Origin: Isurus oxyrinchus
Taxonomy: Eukaryota
Length of the DNA stretch: 64,000 nt
Direction of reading: 5' to 3'
Assembly: GCA_026770705.1 (NCBI GenBank)
Contig: JANJGN010000013.1
Coordinates: forward strand, 97,216,001 to 97,280,000
Shown here: positions 12,421 through 24,696 of the stretch, piece by piece
How positions within the stretch are numbered: position 1 is the first letter of the stretch
Layout of the letters: every line of letters starts with the position of its first letter
The notes under the pieces: model-generated
The model's input: the letters and a program-made list of their open reading frames with translations, nothing else
The model's database searches: none
Told to the model about the DNA's origin: nothing
Program-made: the position numbers and the translations under genes

Positions 12421-12590
12421 CTTCCCTTTTACTATTTATATGCCTGTCAAAGACGTTTGGGCTCACTTTTATGTTCACTGCTAATCTGAGCTCATACCTT
12501 TTCTTTACTCCTCCTATTCTTTTTCTTTTAGATCTTCTCTTGTACTTTCTGTATTCATTTGAGTTCTCTACTATCAAATAGAACAGAAAA
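12421..12590 (-). mobile_element. Right part of the CR1 LINE split by Gypsy element 1
   Basis: Minus-strand peptide KKRYELRLAVNIKVSPNVFDRHINSKR, which lies immediately N-terminal to the RDQKG segment at 2600. Confidence 0.75.
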
Positions 12591-12607
12591 AAGGGTCTTG
12601 ATAAATT

Positions 12608-12752
12608 AAAACAAAATACTGCATATGCTGGAAACCTGAAAAAAAAAGCAGAAACTGCTGGAAATGCACAGCAGGTCAGGCAAGTACCTGTGGAGAAAGA
12701 AACAAAGTCAGAGGGTTCTGATGAAAGGCCATCGACCTGAATCATTAACAAT
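12608..12752. mobile_element. Short Penelope pseudo-LTR derivative with inverted arrangement and a CTGATGA hammerhead core
   Basis: AAAATACTGCATATGCTGGAAA...CAGCAGGTCAGGCA...CTGTGGAGA resembles the reverse complement of 9670-9768. It is followed by GTT-CTGATGA-AAGGCCATCGACCT-GAA at 12715-12741. Confidence 0.6.
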
Positions 12753-12879
12753 GTTTTGATAAATTAAAACTTGGCTTTAATTTTCTGAGGCATTGCTCCT
12801 GGTGCAGTGGAGAGAACTGGATGTGGAGGTCAATATTATCAATGTCACTATATATTATCCAGTGACTCAGTGAATCCAA

Positions 12880-13940
12880 ATTTCCAAGGTGCACAGGGCA
12901 TAATGTTGAACTTTGCAGGTGACACAAAACTTGGAACTATATAGTGAACTGTGAGGGGTATAGTGATAGGCTTCAAGAGAACATAAACAGGCTGTTGGAA
13001 CATGTGAATGTGTGGCAGATACAATTTAATACAGAGAAGTTTGTAGTAATATGTTTTGGGGGGAGAAACAAGGAGAGGCAATATAAAATAAAGGGTACAA
13101 TCCTAAAATGGGTACAGGAACAGAGAGACTTAGGGGTATAAATGCACAGATTGTTGAAGGTGGCAGGACAGGTTGAGAAAGTGGTTAAAAAAGAGCCTTA
13201 TAAATTTATATACATACAAACATATGAATTAGGAGCAGGATTTGGCCCCTTGAGCCTGCTCTGCTATTTGATAAGATCGTGGCTGTGACCACTACTTTCC
13301 TGTTTACCCCTATACCCTTTTATTATCTTGTCAATTAAAAAATGACCTAACTCAACCTTAAAAATATTCAATTACCCTGCCTCCACTAGAGGTTTGGAGT
13401 ACAAAAGCAAGGAGATTATAACAAACCGGAATCAAACACTGCTTCAGCTCAACTGAAGTGCTTCATCCACATGTTAGACCTTAAAGCGAGTGTAGAAAAG
13501 ATTTACGAGAATAGTTCCAGGGTTTAGGGACTTCAGTCATGGAAATAGATCATTCCTCTTAGAGAGGAGGTTTGATAAAAGTATTCAAAATCATGGGGGG
13601 TCTGGACAGAGTAGATAAGGAGAAACTGTTGCCATTGGTGGAGGGATCGCAAAGCAGAGGACACAGATTTAAAGTAATTGGCAAAAGAATCAACGGCGAC
13701 ATGAGGATAAACCTTTCCTGCAGTGAGTGGTTAGGGTCTGGAATGCACTGCCGGAAAGGGTAGTATAGGTGGATTCAACACAGCATTCAAAAGAGATTGA
13801 ATAAGCATCTGTGGGGAAGAAAACTTATAGGGCCTTGGGAAGGACCAGGGAGTGGGGCTGGCTTAAATTGATCTTGAAGGGAACCACCGTGGACTCGATC
13901 AGCCAAATGGCCTCCTTGTGTGCTGTAATAACCATTCCAT
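12880..13940 (+). mobile_element. CR1 LINE 3' fragment, interrupted by an opposite-strand CR1 tail at ~13210-13387
   Basis: FAGDTKLG, WQIQFNTEK, EQRDLGV and IKVFKIMGGLDRVDKEKLLPLV, followed by a CR1 3' UTR. Confidence 0.8.
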
Positions 13941-14631
13941 GGGCTGGATTTTATGGCCTGCCGCTGATATGTTTGAAGGTGGGGCACTTGTCAAATGCAG
14001 AGCATTGCCTGCTTGCCACTTTCCCACCCACCCCCGACCTGTCTCCCATTTTATAAGGACAGTGGAGGCATCGGGCGGCCTGCCCATCCTTGGGCCTATT
14101 GAGATGCTTAAGTGGCTAATTATGGCTACTTAAGTGCCTCAGGCTGCCCCTGTCGCTATTCTACCTGCAGCAGGGGGAGGCCCAAGCCAAGTGGGTAGCT
14201 TGGAAGGTTTTACAGGGTAAGTTGGTGTTGTGCAAGAAGGGGAGACATCCTTTGGAGGTTGCAACTGTGCCCATAGGAGGCATCCCCACCCACCTCCCCA
14301 AAGACATAACCCCCTTTAACCCTACATCCCTGGCCCCCCCATCTCCTTCAACCCCCTCGCTGGAGTCTGCTAGCCAACTGTGGTCGATACGCTGGCCTTA
14401 TCCAAAGTCTGGCTTCCATAACCTTCCCTTCACCTGTAGTCTGAGCAGTGGTCACCGCTTGAATCTGGCACTGCTGGAAATACCAGATGGGCCAGAGGTC
14501 TTGCCCTGTGCCACTTAACACCCCTTTGAGTGTAAAGTGACTGTGGGGCAGCTGACTATTTCATGGTTGGGCTCCCGACTGACATTTTAGGTGGTGAGGC
14601 GGGGAACTCTGTACCCCATAAAATCCAGCCC
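13941..14631. mobile_element. PIF/Harbinger-type MITE
   Basis: 16-bp terminal inverted repeats GGGCTGGATTTTATGG...CCATAAAATCCAGCCC, 3-bp flanks CAT/TAT, no convincing coding capacity. Confidence 0.75.
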
Positions 14632-14957
14632 TATAATTCTATGATCTAAGGGAGTGCTGGATGTCAGAGATACTATCTTTCAAATGTTTCAAATGTCATA
14701 TCCCATTATGTCATGGGATATAAAGGATCACATAACATTTTTTTCAAAGATTCTGGGAGCTCGCTTGGTGTCCAGACTAACATTCATTCACCAACCAAAC
14801 TACAAAAACAGATTAACTGGCTCTTACTCCCAAAGTTTTTTCCACAGTCACCATAACTGCCTCCCTCTGCTGGAAACATAGCTAATTTCATAATGTGCTC
14901 TTTAGAGAAATACTCATGTGAAGTTATAAATATGAGGATGTGCACAACCTGTAATTT

Positions 14958-15945
14958 TCTTTATTCATACATGGGATGTGGGTATCGCTGGCAAGGCTAC
15001 CATCTATTGCCCATCCTTGATTATCCTTCAGAAGGTAGTGGTAAGCCACCTTCTTGAACTGTTGCATCCTTGTAGTTTAGGAACAACCGCACTGCCATTA
15101 GGGAGGGAGTTCCAGGATTTTGACGCAGTGACAATGAAGAAATGGTGGTGTAGTTCCAAGACAGGATGGTGTGGCTTGGAGAGGAACTTGCAGGTAATGC
15201 AATATTCCCGTGCAATATTGCCTTTGTATGTCGCAGGTATGGAAAGTACTGTTGAAGGAGCCTTGGTGATTGCTGTGGTGCATTTTGTATATGGTATGCA
15301 CTGCTGTCACTGTATGCTGATGATGGAGGGTGTGAGTGTTGAAGGTGGTGGACAAGGTGCCGATCAAGTGAGCTGCTTTGTGCAGGATGATGTTGACCTT
15401 CTTGAGTGTTGTTGGAGCTGCATTCATCCAGGCAAGCAGAGAGTATTCTATCACACAAATTCATTCCACCTTGCAGATGGTGGGCAGACTTTGGGGAGTC
15501 ATGAGATGAGCTACTCACTGCAGAATTCCCGGCCTCTAACATATTCGTGTAGTCACAGTATTTACATGGCTGTTCCAGTTAAGTTTCTAGTCAATGGTGA
15601 CCTCCAGGATGTTTTTGGCAGGAAATTTGATGATGGTAATGTTGTTAAATGTCAAGGGAAGGTAGTTAGACTTTCTTTTATTGGAGATGATCATCGCCTG
15701 GCAATTTGTGTCATGAATATTACTTGCCACTTATCAACCCAAGCCTAAATGTTGCCCAGGTCTTGCTGCCTACGGACATGGACAGCATCAGTATCTGGGA
15801 AGTCGCAAATGGTGGTGAACCTTGTGCAATCATCAGCAAAGATCTGCACTTCTAACCTTATGTTGGAGGGAAAGTCATTGATGAAGCAGCTGAAGATGGT
15901 TAGGCCTAGGAAACAACCCTGAGGAATTCCTGCAGTGATCTATGG
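14958..15945 (-). mobile_element. HER1-type LINE 3' fragment
   Basis: Minus-strand EYSLLAWMNAAPTTLKK..ILHKAAHLIGT, with a tail matching the reverse complement of GGGCAATAAATGCTGGCC..CCCACATCCCATGAATGAATAAA. Confidence 0.8.
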
Positions 15946-16669
15946 GCAGGGAGAGCATGTAAGGGGCATAGAAGACATGGAGGGGGTATGGAGTGTGGGT
16001 GGCCATGAAGAGGTGTGGGAGGCAGCGGGGTATGTGAGGACTAGAGGGCCAAACAACTTTTAAAACAACTGAGAGAGTCTCAGAGAACAAAGGCGGGCCT
16101 TCTAACCAGCCTGCCTCATCCCAACCCCGAGGCTGCCTCCAATCTGCTTTGGGGGTTGGCGGGCCTGATTCGATCCCCGCCTCCTCAGAGTGAAAATTGT
16201 GACAGGGCCCGTTTTGGGGTGTGAGTCTGCCAAGTCTGGAAATTTCCTGCCTCAAACCTTGGTAGTGAAAATCTGGCCCATCAACACACCCTGAGGAAAT
16301 TATATATTGGTATATAAATGCAAATTTAGTCTTTATTATAACTAAGGCCGATGCCCATTAAAATTACCACATGGATAAGAAATACTTTGGGTTACTAACA
16401 CAGAGATATAAGGTTGAGTGCTGATTGTATAATTGTGTGCTCCCTGTGAGAAGTTGCACTGACAATGAGACAGATCAGGAAAAGATCAGAAAATTGTGTG
16501 CTGCAAGCCTTAGGTTTCCAAACCTGCTTTACCAGCAAGTATCGTTGTTATTGGAAGCAACAGCTTGCAAAACTAGTCCACTGGTCACACTCCCTAATAT
16601 TGTAAACCTCAGATGCAAAGTTATGAATGCTTTTTGTTGAGGAATAATTCCTTTAATGGTATTTCCACT

Positions 16670-17512
16670 GGGGTGAATGGATGGGCAGATGCAGTATAAC
16701 ATGGATAAGTGTGAAGTTATTCACTTTGGTAGGAAAAAACAGAATGGCAGAGTATTATTTAAATGGTGATAGATTGGGAAATGTGGATGTATAAAGGGAT
16801 CTGGGTGTCCTTATACATCAATCACTGAGAGCAAGCATGCAGGTGCAGCAAGCAGTTAAGAAGGCAAATGGTATGTTGGCCTTCATTGCGAGAGGACTTG
16901 AGTACAGGAGCAAAGATGTCTTACTGCAGCTTTACAGGGCCTGGTTGAGACCAGACCTGGAGTATTGAGTGCAGTTTTGGTCTCCTTAGCTAAGAAAGGA
17001 TATACTTGCCATAGAGGGAGTGCAGCGAAGGCTCAACAGACTGATTCCTGCGATGGCAGGATTATCGTATGAGGAGAGATTGGGCCGACTGGGCCTTTAT
17101 TCATTGGAATTTAGAAGAATGAGAGGGTATCTCATTGAAACATAAAATTCTGACAGCGTTGGAAAGACTGGATGCAGGAATGATATTTCTTCTGGCTGGG
17201 GTGTCTAGAACAAGGGATCATAGTCTCAGGATGCAGGGTATGTCATTTAGGACTGAGATGAGGAGAAACTTCTTCATTCAGATGGTCGTAAGCCTGTGGA
17301 ATTCTCTACCATAGAATGCTGTGGAGGCCAAGTCACTGAATATATTTAAGAAGGAAGTAGATAAATTTCTAGGCTCTGAAGGCATCAAAGAGTATGGGGA
17401 GAACGTAGGAGTATGATGTTGAGATAGAGGATCAGCCATGATCATATTGAATAGCGGAGCAGGCTCAAAGGGCTGAATGACCTACTCCTGCTCTTATTTT
17501 CTATGTTTCAAT
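16670..17512 (+). mobile_element. CR1 LINE 3' fragment
   Basis: QMQYNMDKCEVIHFG, KKANGMLAFIARGLEYRSKDV and LVRPDLEY, then a 3' UTR ending CCTACTCCTGCTCTTATTTTCTATGTTTC. Confidence 0.88.
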
Positions 17513-17544
17513 GTCTCGAAACTGCATGTCACAAACCTTTGATT

Positions 17545-17790
17545 AGTAAAGAAAGAAAGACATGCATTTATACCATGTCTTTCACAAACTCCGAACATCT
17601 CAAATTGTTTTATAGCCAATTAAGAACTTTTTGAAGTGTAGTTGCTGTTGTAATGCAGGAAATGCAGCAGCCAATTTGAGCATAGCAAACTCCCACAACC
17701 AGCAATATAAGTGATCAAACAAGTAGGTCTTTTTAAGTAATGTTGGTTAAAAACAAATATTAGCCAGGATAATATTAAAGCCTTGCATTT
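17545..17790 (-). mobile_element. Deu-domain SINE fragment (SacSINE1-like)
   Basis: Reverse complement of the Deu-SINE 3' region also seen at 38285-38522 and 47790-47995. Confidence 0.6.
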
Positions 17791-18039
17791 TGAAACAATC
17801 ATTCAGTGATCTGAAGCTTGATGATCTATTGGTTTTACCAGTCAATGTGATCAATTGTGTTTCCTTGTTAAATAAAGTTAGGCACTTCCTGTTGTGCTGT
17901 CATGTGCAGTTAACCTGTTTGAGTGGATAACTGAAAACCTAGCAGACTCACGAAGGACATTTCAGTTTATATCTAATGAAGGATGCTGTAAGGACTTTGA
18001 GCCTCCTCTTCATTCCTTCCCCAAAGGAGCAAGTTTTTT

Positions 18040-18368
18040 AAAACTCATTTACGGAATGCGAGCATTGCTGGCTAGGCCAACATTTATTGCCCATCCTTAA
18101 TTGCCCTTGAGAAGATGGTGGTGAGCTGCCTTCTTGAACTGCTGCGGTCCATCTGGTATAGGTACGCCCACAGTGCTGTTAGGGAGGAAGCTCCAGATTT
18201 TGACCCAATGACAGTGAAGGAACAGCAATATATTTCCAAGTCAGGATGGTGAGTGGTTTATGGGGAACTTCCAGGTGGTGGTGTTCCCATGTATCTGCTG
18301 CCCTCGTCCTTCTAGATGATAGTGGTTGTGTGTTTGAAAGGTGCTGCCTAAGGAGGCTTGGTGAGTCA
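18040..18368 (-). mobile_element. HER1-type LINE 3' tail fragment
   Basis: Reverse complement of the tail at 35200-35520. Confidence 0.75.
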
Positions 18369-19709
18369 TATAAGCAGGGAGTATAGTTTCCTGCAATAGA
18401 GACTAGACTTCAAAATATTTCATTGGCTGTAAAATGCTTTGGGATGTTCCCAGGTCATGAAAGGTGCCTTATAAACGTAAATCTTTCTTTTAAATTACAC
18501 CCTGCTGTTCCATGACTGACTGAACTATCGAGGTTCAAGTGCTTCCATTACCAAAAGTTTCCAGATGTATTTAACTATCATGCTATCAGTTCACAGCTGG
18601 AAAGCCTTTCTCTGCAGGTATTTAATGAGCAGCAATGAAAAGAAAGAAATCCAAGGCAGATTTGTCAGCACCAGCAAAGTGAAAGGACAGAGTGACATTA
18701 TGGGTGTAACTTTTCATCAAAACTGAACTCTGAATGTTAGCAGGGGAGGGCAAATATCTGATTTCAATATTGTTTATTTCCCAATCTCATTTAAATGTTT
18801 GCTTATCTTTCAGCTTTCAGCTATAGATTGACAGAACCAAAGAGAACTACCATGTTCAGGAAGATAAAATAAATGCTACATTCGATAACCAGCAAACAAT
18901 CCTTCCTCTAGCAAGGATTATACAGCACAGAAGGAAGCCATTCACTGTAGAAATTGGAAAAATGATTGCAGTGTACTGCACAGATAGGTCTTGATGCATT
19001 AGTTCAGTGATAGGAATTGGTCCCCACACTTTGTGTTTTAGCTAAAGGTAGGGTTGCAGCACTATTCAACTAATCCCTAAAAGCTGTTCTTGGGGAGAAG
19101 AGGGTGAATCATGATATTTTTATGATAGCACGAAGAAACATCGACTCACCTTGAAGCTGCCCATATAAGTCAGCTGAATAAGATTTTGTTTGAGGCATGA
19201 GCCATGGCATCTGGAATGTGGTTGCATTTTTCATCTACAGGAAGGCAGATACATATGAGAATGGAACTACCATAGAACCACATTGATTATCAATGACTTT
19301 TAAGGTGGCACTTCAGGTTGTTATCATGCATGTTTGGGATGGTTTGCAGTGAATAGGCTGGATGCTGCTATTGTGAGGAGTATGTAGGGCAAATTGTTGC
19401 TTTTGCATAAGATCACAAGCTTCTGGGCATCCGGCATTTATGTTTTTTGATTTCTACAAGGCTTTTGACCTAGTGCCTATGTGGTCCTCATGGAGAAAGT
19501 GGAAGCTATGAGAGTACATGGCAAAATCTTGGATATTACCTGAAGTGTGTGCTCAGTTCCAAGACCTGTGTAGAAGTAGCTGAGAGACCAATTGAATCTA
19601 TCACTGCTGAAAGCAGATTTGAGGCAAAATGTTCTAGTGTCATGAATGTCTTCATGTATTCAATGTCTTCATCAACAATGTGTTGGATAGCATAATAGAA
19701 GATAGACTT

Positions 19710-20190
19710 GAGTGTCCATCCAGAGAAGGTTTATAATTCCTGGAATGGGGGGGTTGTCTTATGAAGAAAGGTTGGACAGGCTAGAATCGTATCCACTGGA
19801 GTTTAGAAGAGTAAGAGGTGACTTGATTGAAACATTTATGACCCTGAGGGATCTTGACAGGTTGGATACGGAAAGGATGTTTCTTTTTGTGGGAGAATCT
19901 AGAGCTAGGGGGTCACTGTTTAAAAATAACAGGTCCCCCATTTAAGAAAGAGATGAGGAGAATTTTTTTTCTCTCATAGGGTTGCTTCCTCAGTGGGAGC
20001 AGAGTCTTTGAATATTTTTAAGGCGGAGCTAGATAGATTCTTGACATGCAAGTGCGAGAAAGGTTAATGGGGGTAGTGGGAATGTGGATTTGAGGTTACT
20101 ATTAGATCAGCCATGATCTTATTGAATGGCAGAGTAGGCTCGAGGGGCCGAGTGGCCGAATCCTGCTCCTAATTCATATATTCGTACGAG
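19710..20190 (+). mobile_element. CR1 LINE 3' fragment inserted in an older, highly decayed non-LTR RT remnant (~19300-20300)
   Basis: GLSYEERLDRL..LEFRRVRGDLIETF plus a CR1 tail. The flanks retain DFYKAFD (~19449) and DDIVLL (~20229) RT-like words. Confidence 0.75.
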
Positions 20191-20358
20191 TATCTGTTTC
20201 AGCTTTGTCGGAATTGCTCTTTATCAGAGATGACATTGTGTTGTTGGTTTACTAAACCGAGGATCTGTCACGCAATTGCCTCCATCTTGAATGATGGGCC
20301 ATGGTGGTGGGTGTCCCCCATTTAGTATGATGGCCAAAAAGAGAACTTGGAAGGTATA

Positions 20359-22669
20359 TGTTCTGTTGGGTTGTCACTACCAGTGGTGTGTACTGTTTAG
20401 ACACCAATAAGCAGTCTTGTGGAAGTTACTAAGAAGTCTTTATTAACATTACTGAACTTTGTACATATTTACACTAGAGGGTATAGATATGAAGAGGACT
20501 TCATGGCATAGCTTTACATGTTGCTACCAAGCTCTACATTGCTGCCATAAGCTCTAGGTCAGGCACCTTCTTACATCACCAATGAGCAGTACTATACTCA
20601 GTCCCCAGTTAATCTTTAATGTACCAGACCTTTCTACTACCCCCCTCCCCAAGTCTTTATCCCCTGGACATAGACTGACAATAATTACTTACAATTTACT
20701 TCAAGCCTTGTGTTGTCATAAGGCTTGTTTACTTAACTTCAGTGTTGCAACTATAGCTACTCTAACTCTAAATTGCTTCATGATTAACATTACAGCATTA
20801 ACAGCATGCATTAACAGAGTTCATACAACCCCAACTGGCACAGGAATCTAACTTGAAATTGGTTAGATGGCCATTTACTGAGATGTTGGTGTCCCAGAAG
20901 GAGGAGGCGTATCATCTGATGTCGCCCAGAAAGAAGGGCTGTCTTCTGGGTTGGTGGCCTCAACTTCGTTCTCGGACTGTCTGCACAGTGCAAAGGGCAT
21001 GATCGGTATAGCCTGCTAAAGTGCCCTTGTTTCTGACAGTGGAAGCATTTAGCAGCACCGGACGGACATTGGTCCATCCTGTGGATATGCTTTGCCCCGC
21101 AGTGCTGGTAAGGCTATTCGGCAAGATGGCTCGAGGTTGGCTTACCCTGGTTCAGACGGTCTCTGCGCTTCTGCAGCTGGATATGGTGGACCGAGGTGTG
21201 CCTTCTGCCCCATGAAGTGCTCTCACCTGTAAAAATGGTCTCATGTTGGTCTCACAGCTTGGACAGCCTGACTAACTGGACAGCCTTGTCGAGGGTGAGG
21301 ATTTCCTTGGCTTGGAGAAGGTCAGAGAGCAATCATCTGTGATATCCACCACGATTCTGCCTTGGATGAGTTCTGATTTCAGATCACTGTATTCGCACCC
21401 TTCTTCAATGCAGTAGAGGTGATTGATAAAGGAGTTGACAGGCTCCTCAGGCTACTGGACTGTACTGTTAAATTTGTCGCGTTCCAAGGTCTTGTTGGAT
21501 TGCAAGTTGGAAAAGAGTTCAAAAGATTTTAAAACATAGTCAAATTTAGCAGATGATTCATCTATGGCTTGCCTGGCGATAATATCATGTGCAATCAGCC
21601 CAATTACACAAAGTAATGTGCCAACTTGTTCTGCTTCCAACTTTTTATTTAATCCTGTAGCTGTGCGATGTCTGAGGAAGCTTTATCTCCATTAACTCCA
21701 GTTGTGAGATTGGTCCGGGCCAAAACTAAACACATTAATGAAGAGTTGTGGTCCATGGTTGAAACGTTTTAAGTGTGGGTGTCCCTCTAAGAGATTGGAG
21801 GGTTTCAAGTGGCGCCACCAGTATTGCAGAGGAAAGGATATTCGTGCACTTCAGAATTTTGGCATGACTTTTAAAAAGTTGACAATGGGTTGGGGGGGGA
21901 GAAAGAAACTGCAAAATGGCCGCAGGCCGGGTCGCAACGTTGGGTCAGTTTAATGGTATTGGCCTGCTAGTTTTTACAGCGTTCTGGACTTGTGAGCCAC
22001 GTGGAGAGGGCGCCGAGTCAGAGGTCAGGCCAGCATCAAAAATGTTTTCTGCCTGACTGATTTTTGAAAGAAATAATTCACAGGACTCGCTTCCCTGGAA
22101 CTTTAAAAATGCTGTACCTCACCCTGCAGGCTGCTGGCTGCTCGCTCTGCTTTGTTGAAACTGCTTCCACATGGATTCAATGGAGCTTGAGCTTAACTTC
22201 TGCCCTTTTTTCTGCTGCCAGGATCTTCTGTCTCTGGAGCTTTTCAGGTGAGTTTTTTCAGCTTCTTGCTTCTTGAGTGAGGTTTCTTCAGAGCAGAAGT
22301 TTGTTGCTGCTGCCCTCTTCTTGATTTCTTTAGTCGTTTCAGAGAGGAAGTGGATTTTGATCTCCAGCTACCACCATGTTTTTTTGGGTTGTCCCCACCC
22401 ATGGTGTGTATTGTTTAGACACCATTAAGCAGTTTTGTAGAAGTTATCAAGAAGTCTTTATTAACATTACTGAACTATGTACACATTTACAGTAGAGGGT
22501 ACAGGTATGGAATGGACTCCAGGGAATATCCTTGCATGTTGCTACCTAGCTCCACATTGCTGCCCTAAACTTTAGGTCAGGTGCCTTCCTACATCACCTG
22601 TGGGTGTACTCAGTCCCAGGTTAATCCTTAATGTTACCTTAACCCTTAACCCTGGATCCCTCTACTACA
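20359..22669 (-). mobile_element. Non-autonomous gag-only LTR element
   Basis: LTRs at 20359-20641 and 22377-22669, PBS-like TGGTGGTAGCTGG adjacent to 22376, PPT at 20642-20650. The interior has gag peptides (QVGTLLCVIG..., CFHCQKQGHFSRL knuckle) and no pol. Confidence 0.8.
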
Positions 22670-24204
22670 ATATTGATTGGAAAATACAAGGGACATCTTA
22701 TTTGGAATAAGAGGATTTAGGAGGAAAATTTCAGAGTGCAGGCCTGTGATGGCTGAAGAGCTTTTCAGAGATGCTACAAAAGTGCGAAAGATGCATGATA
22801 ATCCAGAGCATAAAGAGGGGAGGAGCAAGCTGGGATGTGGGTTACAGAAGTAAGGCGGACTGAGGCTATGGTATGATTTATAAGCATGGATTGTGACTTT
22901 GAAAACAAAGTGTTAGGGGATAAGAAAGCAATGAATTTCAATGAGGACTGAGTATGTGTGCAGAACTTAGAGGAGGGATTGTATGTGAGCAGAGTACTTT
23001 TGAATAGGTTGGAAATTGCATCAAGTGGAACTGAGGAGGTTGTATAGTTCTCAGTAAGCTACAACAACAACAGATCAATTGGGCGTTTATCTCATTTGAT
23101 GTCAGCAGAACATTGCTGTACAGAAACAACCGTTATGTGTGCCTACATCGCAGCAGTGACCACATTTCAAAAGTAATTTATTGGCTGTGGAGGGTTTTTA
23201 GGATGAGTGTTAGTTTGTGCTGTCTTTCTTTTAGTGGCTGTGGAACAATTGTACAAGGATGAATTGTGTGGAAAGCCTGAACCTGGACCTCATTTGCTTA
23301 CAATTGGCTGGGCTGTAAGTACTGTTCCAGCACCCACAGACAGCTCATCAGTTGGCAGGGTGGGAGGAGGTGGAGGTCAAGTGGGAGGTGGGGAGGATGG
23401 AGGGTGATAAGGGTTAAGGCAGCGGGAAAGTCAGTTGAAGGTTGGAGACATGAACACTGGTGACAAGATTTTTTTGGGGGGGCCTAAGAGAAGCGTTCAC
23501 AAAAATCACGAGAAAACTTATGTTCACCTGTTTTCTGAGGAGTCTGAAGCAGTCCCTAACCAGATTATTGACACCATTGTGTAGAGGCACTCATTCCTTC
23601 CAGCTTCTCCTCACAGCAGCGCTCTCCCACTCCAACTTCTCCCAGTTCTCAGAGTTGCAATGCTCCTTCAAACCCTCCCCACAGTTCACAGAGAGCACTC
23701 AACTTCCTTGAAGTGTGCTGCCTCCCCATACTGCACCTAATATTTGAATCTAATCCTGTTTCTTTAGTCCAGCATTGAACTTTCTGTTGCAGCAGGAACC
23801 CCTGATTTATCATATGACAAGTAACTTCCAGCAGCAAGTTCAACATAGGACGGCAAACACAAGCTGCAGCCAGAACTGGCTTGAAGAAGAAAATGAGTGA
23901 CTGGAACACAACAATATTCTGGCTGGCTCAAACACACCATCCAATAACTGATTACTGCCCCAAGGGATGAGACACACACTCATGCGTGCAGTCTGCCCAT
24001 GCAAGGTTACAATGCTGATTAGGCACAGTTAAGTGCTTTCACTTGTTTTGACAATGCAGTAAGAACAACTTACATTTCTATTCACTTCCTCACATGCAGG
24101 AAGATCTTTCAAAGAGTTTCAGATTAAAGAGAAAGAAGGTGCCAACACTGAGCAAAAGGGTACAAAAAGAAAATAGGGTTAGGTTCATGGAGTAAAAAAT
24201 CAGA

Positions 24205-24696
24205 AACGAAAGCAAAATACTGCAGATGCTGCAAATCTGAAAAGCATCTGTGGAGAGACAAACAGAGTTAAAGTTTCTGGTTGACAACTTTTCATCAGAA
24301 CTGAAATTTAACAGTCTATAAACAAGAACAGAACCAGGGGGGGGAGGGAAAGGATGTTTGGTGGGGTAAATAACAAATGGGAAGGTGTGTGATAGAGTGG
24401 AGGGCAGCAGTGATTAAATGACAAAGTATTGATGGTGCAAAGGAAAAGGAAATAGTCATTTGTCAAGTAAAGAAACAAAAGTAAAGTCCAGAAGTGTAAA
24501 TGGTTACAGCAGAACTATTACCAGCCCCGTCTGAGAAAATGGCAGCTGCAGTTATGATTTATTTCCCTGGCTCTATACTTGCTTCTAAACTGTTAAATCT
24601 CTAACTTCTTCCAGTCATCAACCTGAAGTGTTAACTTAGTTCCTCTCTCCACAGATGTTGCCTGGCTTGCTTAGTCTTTCCAGCATTTTCCAGCAG
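24205..24696. mobile_element. Small inverted Penelope pseudo-LTR derivative
   Basis: Left end AAAGCAAAATACTGCAGATGCTG..CATCTGTGGAGAGA is inverted relative to right end TCTCTCCACAGATGTTGCC..TTTCCAGCATTTTC. Hammerhead-like core (minus strand AGTT-CTGATGA...GAAA) at ~24266-24302. Confidence 0.65.

Noticed and set aside
14978-15748. 256-aa plus-strand ORF
   Set aside because: It is the antisense frame of a HER1-type LINE fragment and has no recognisable protein features.
22636-22653. Interstitial telomeric repeat
   Set aside because: Only about two TTAACCC units inside an LTR, not (CCCTAA)n.
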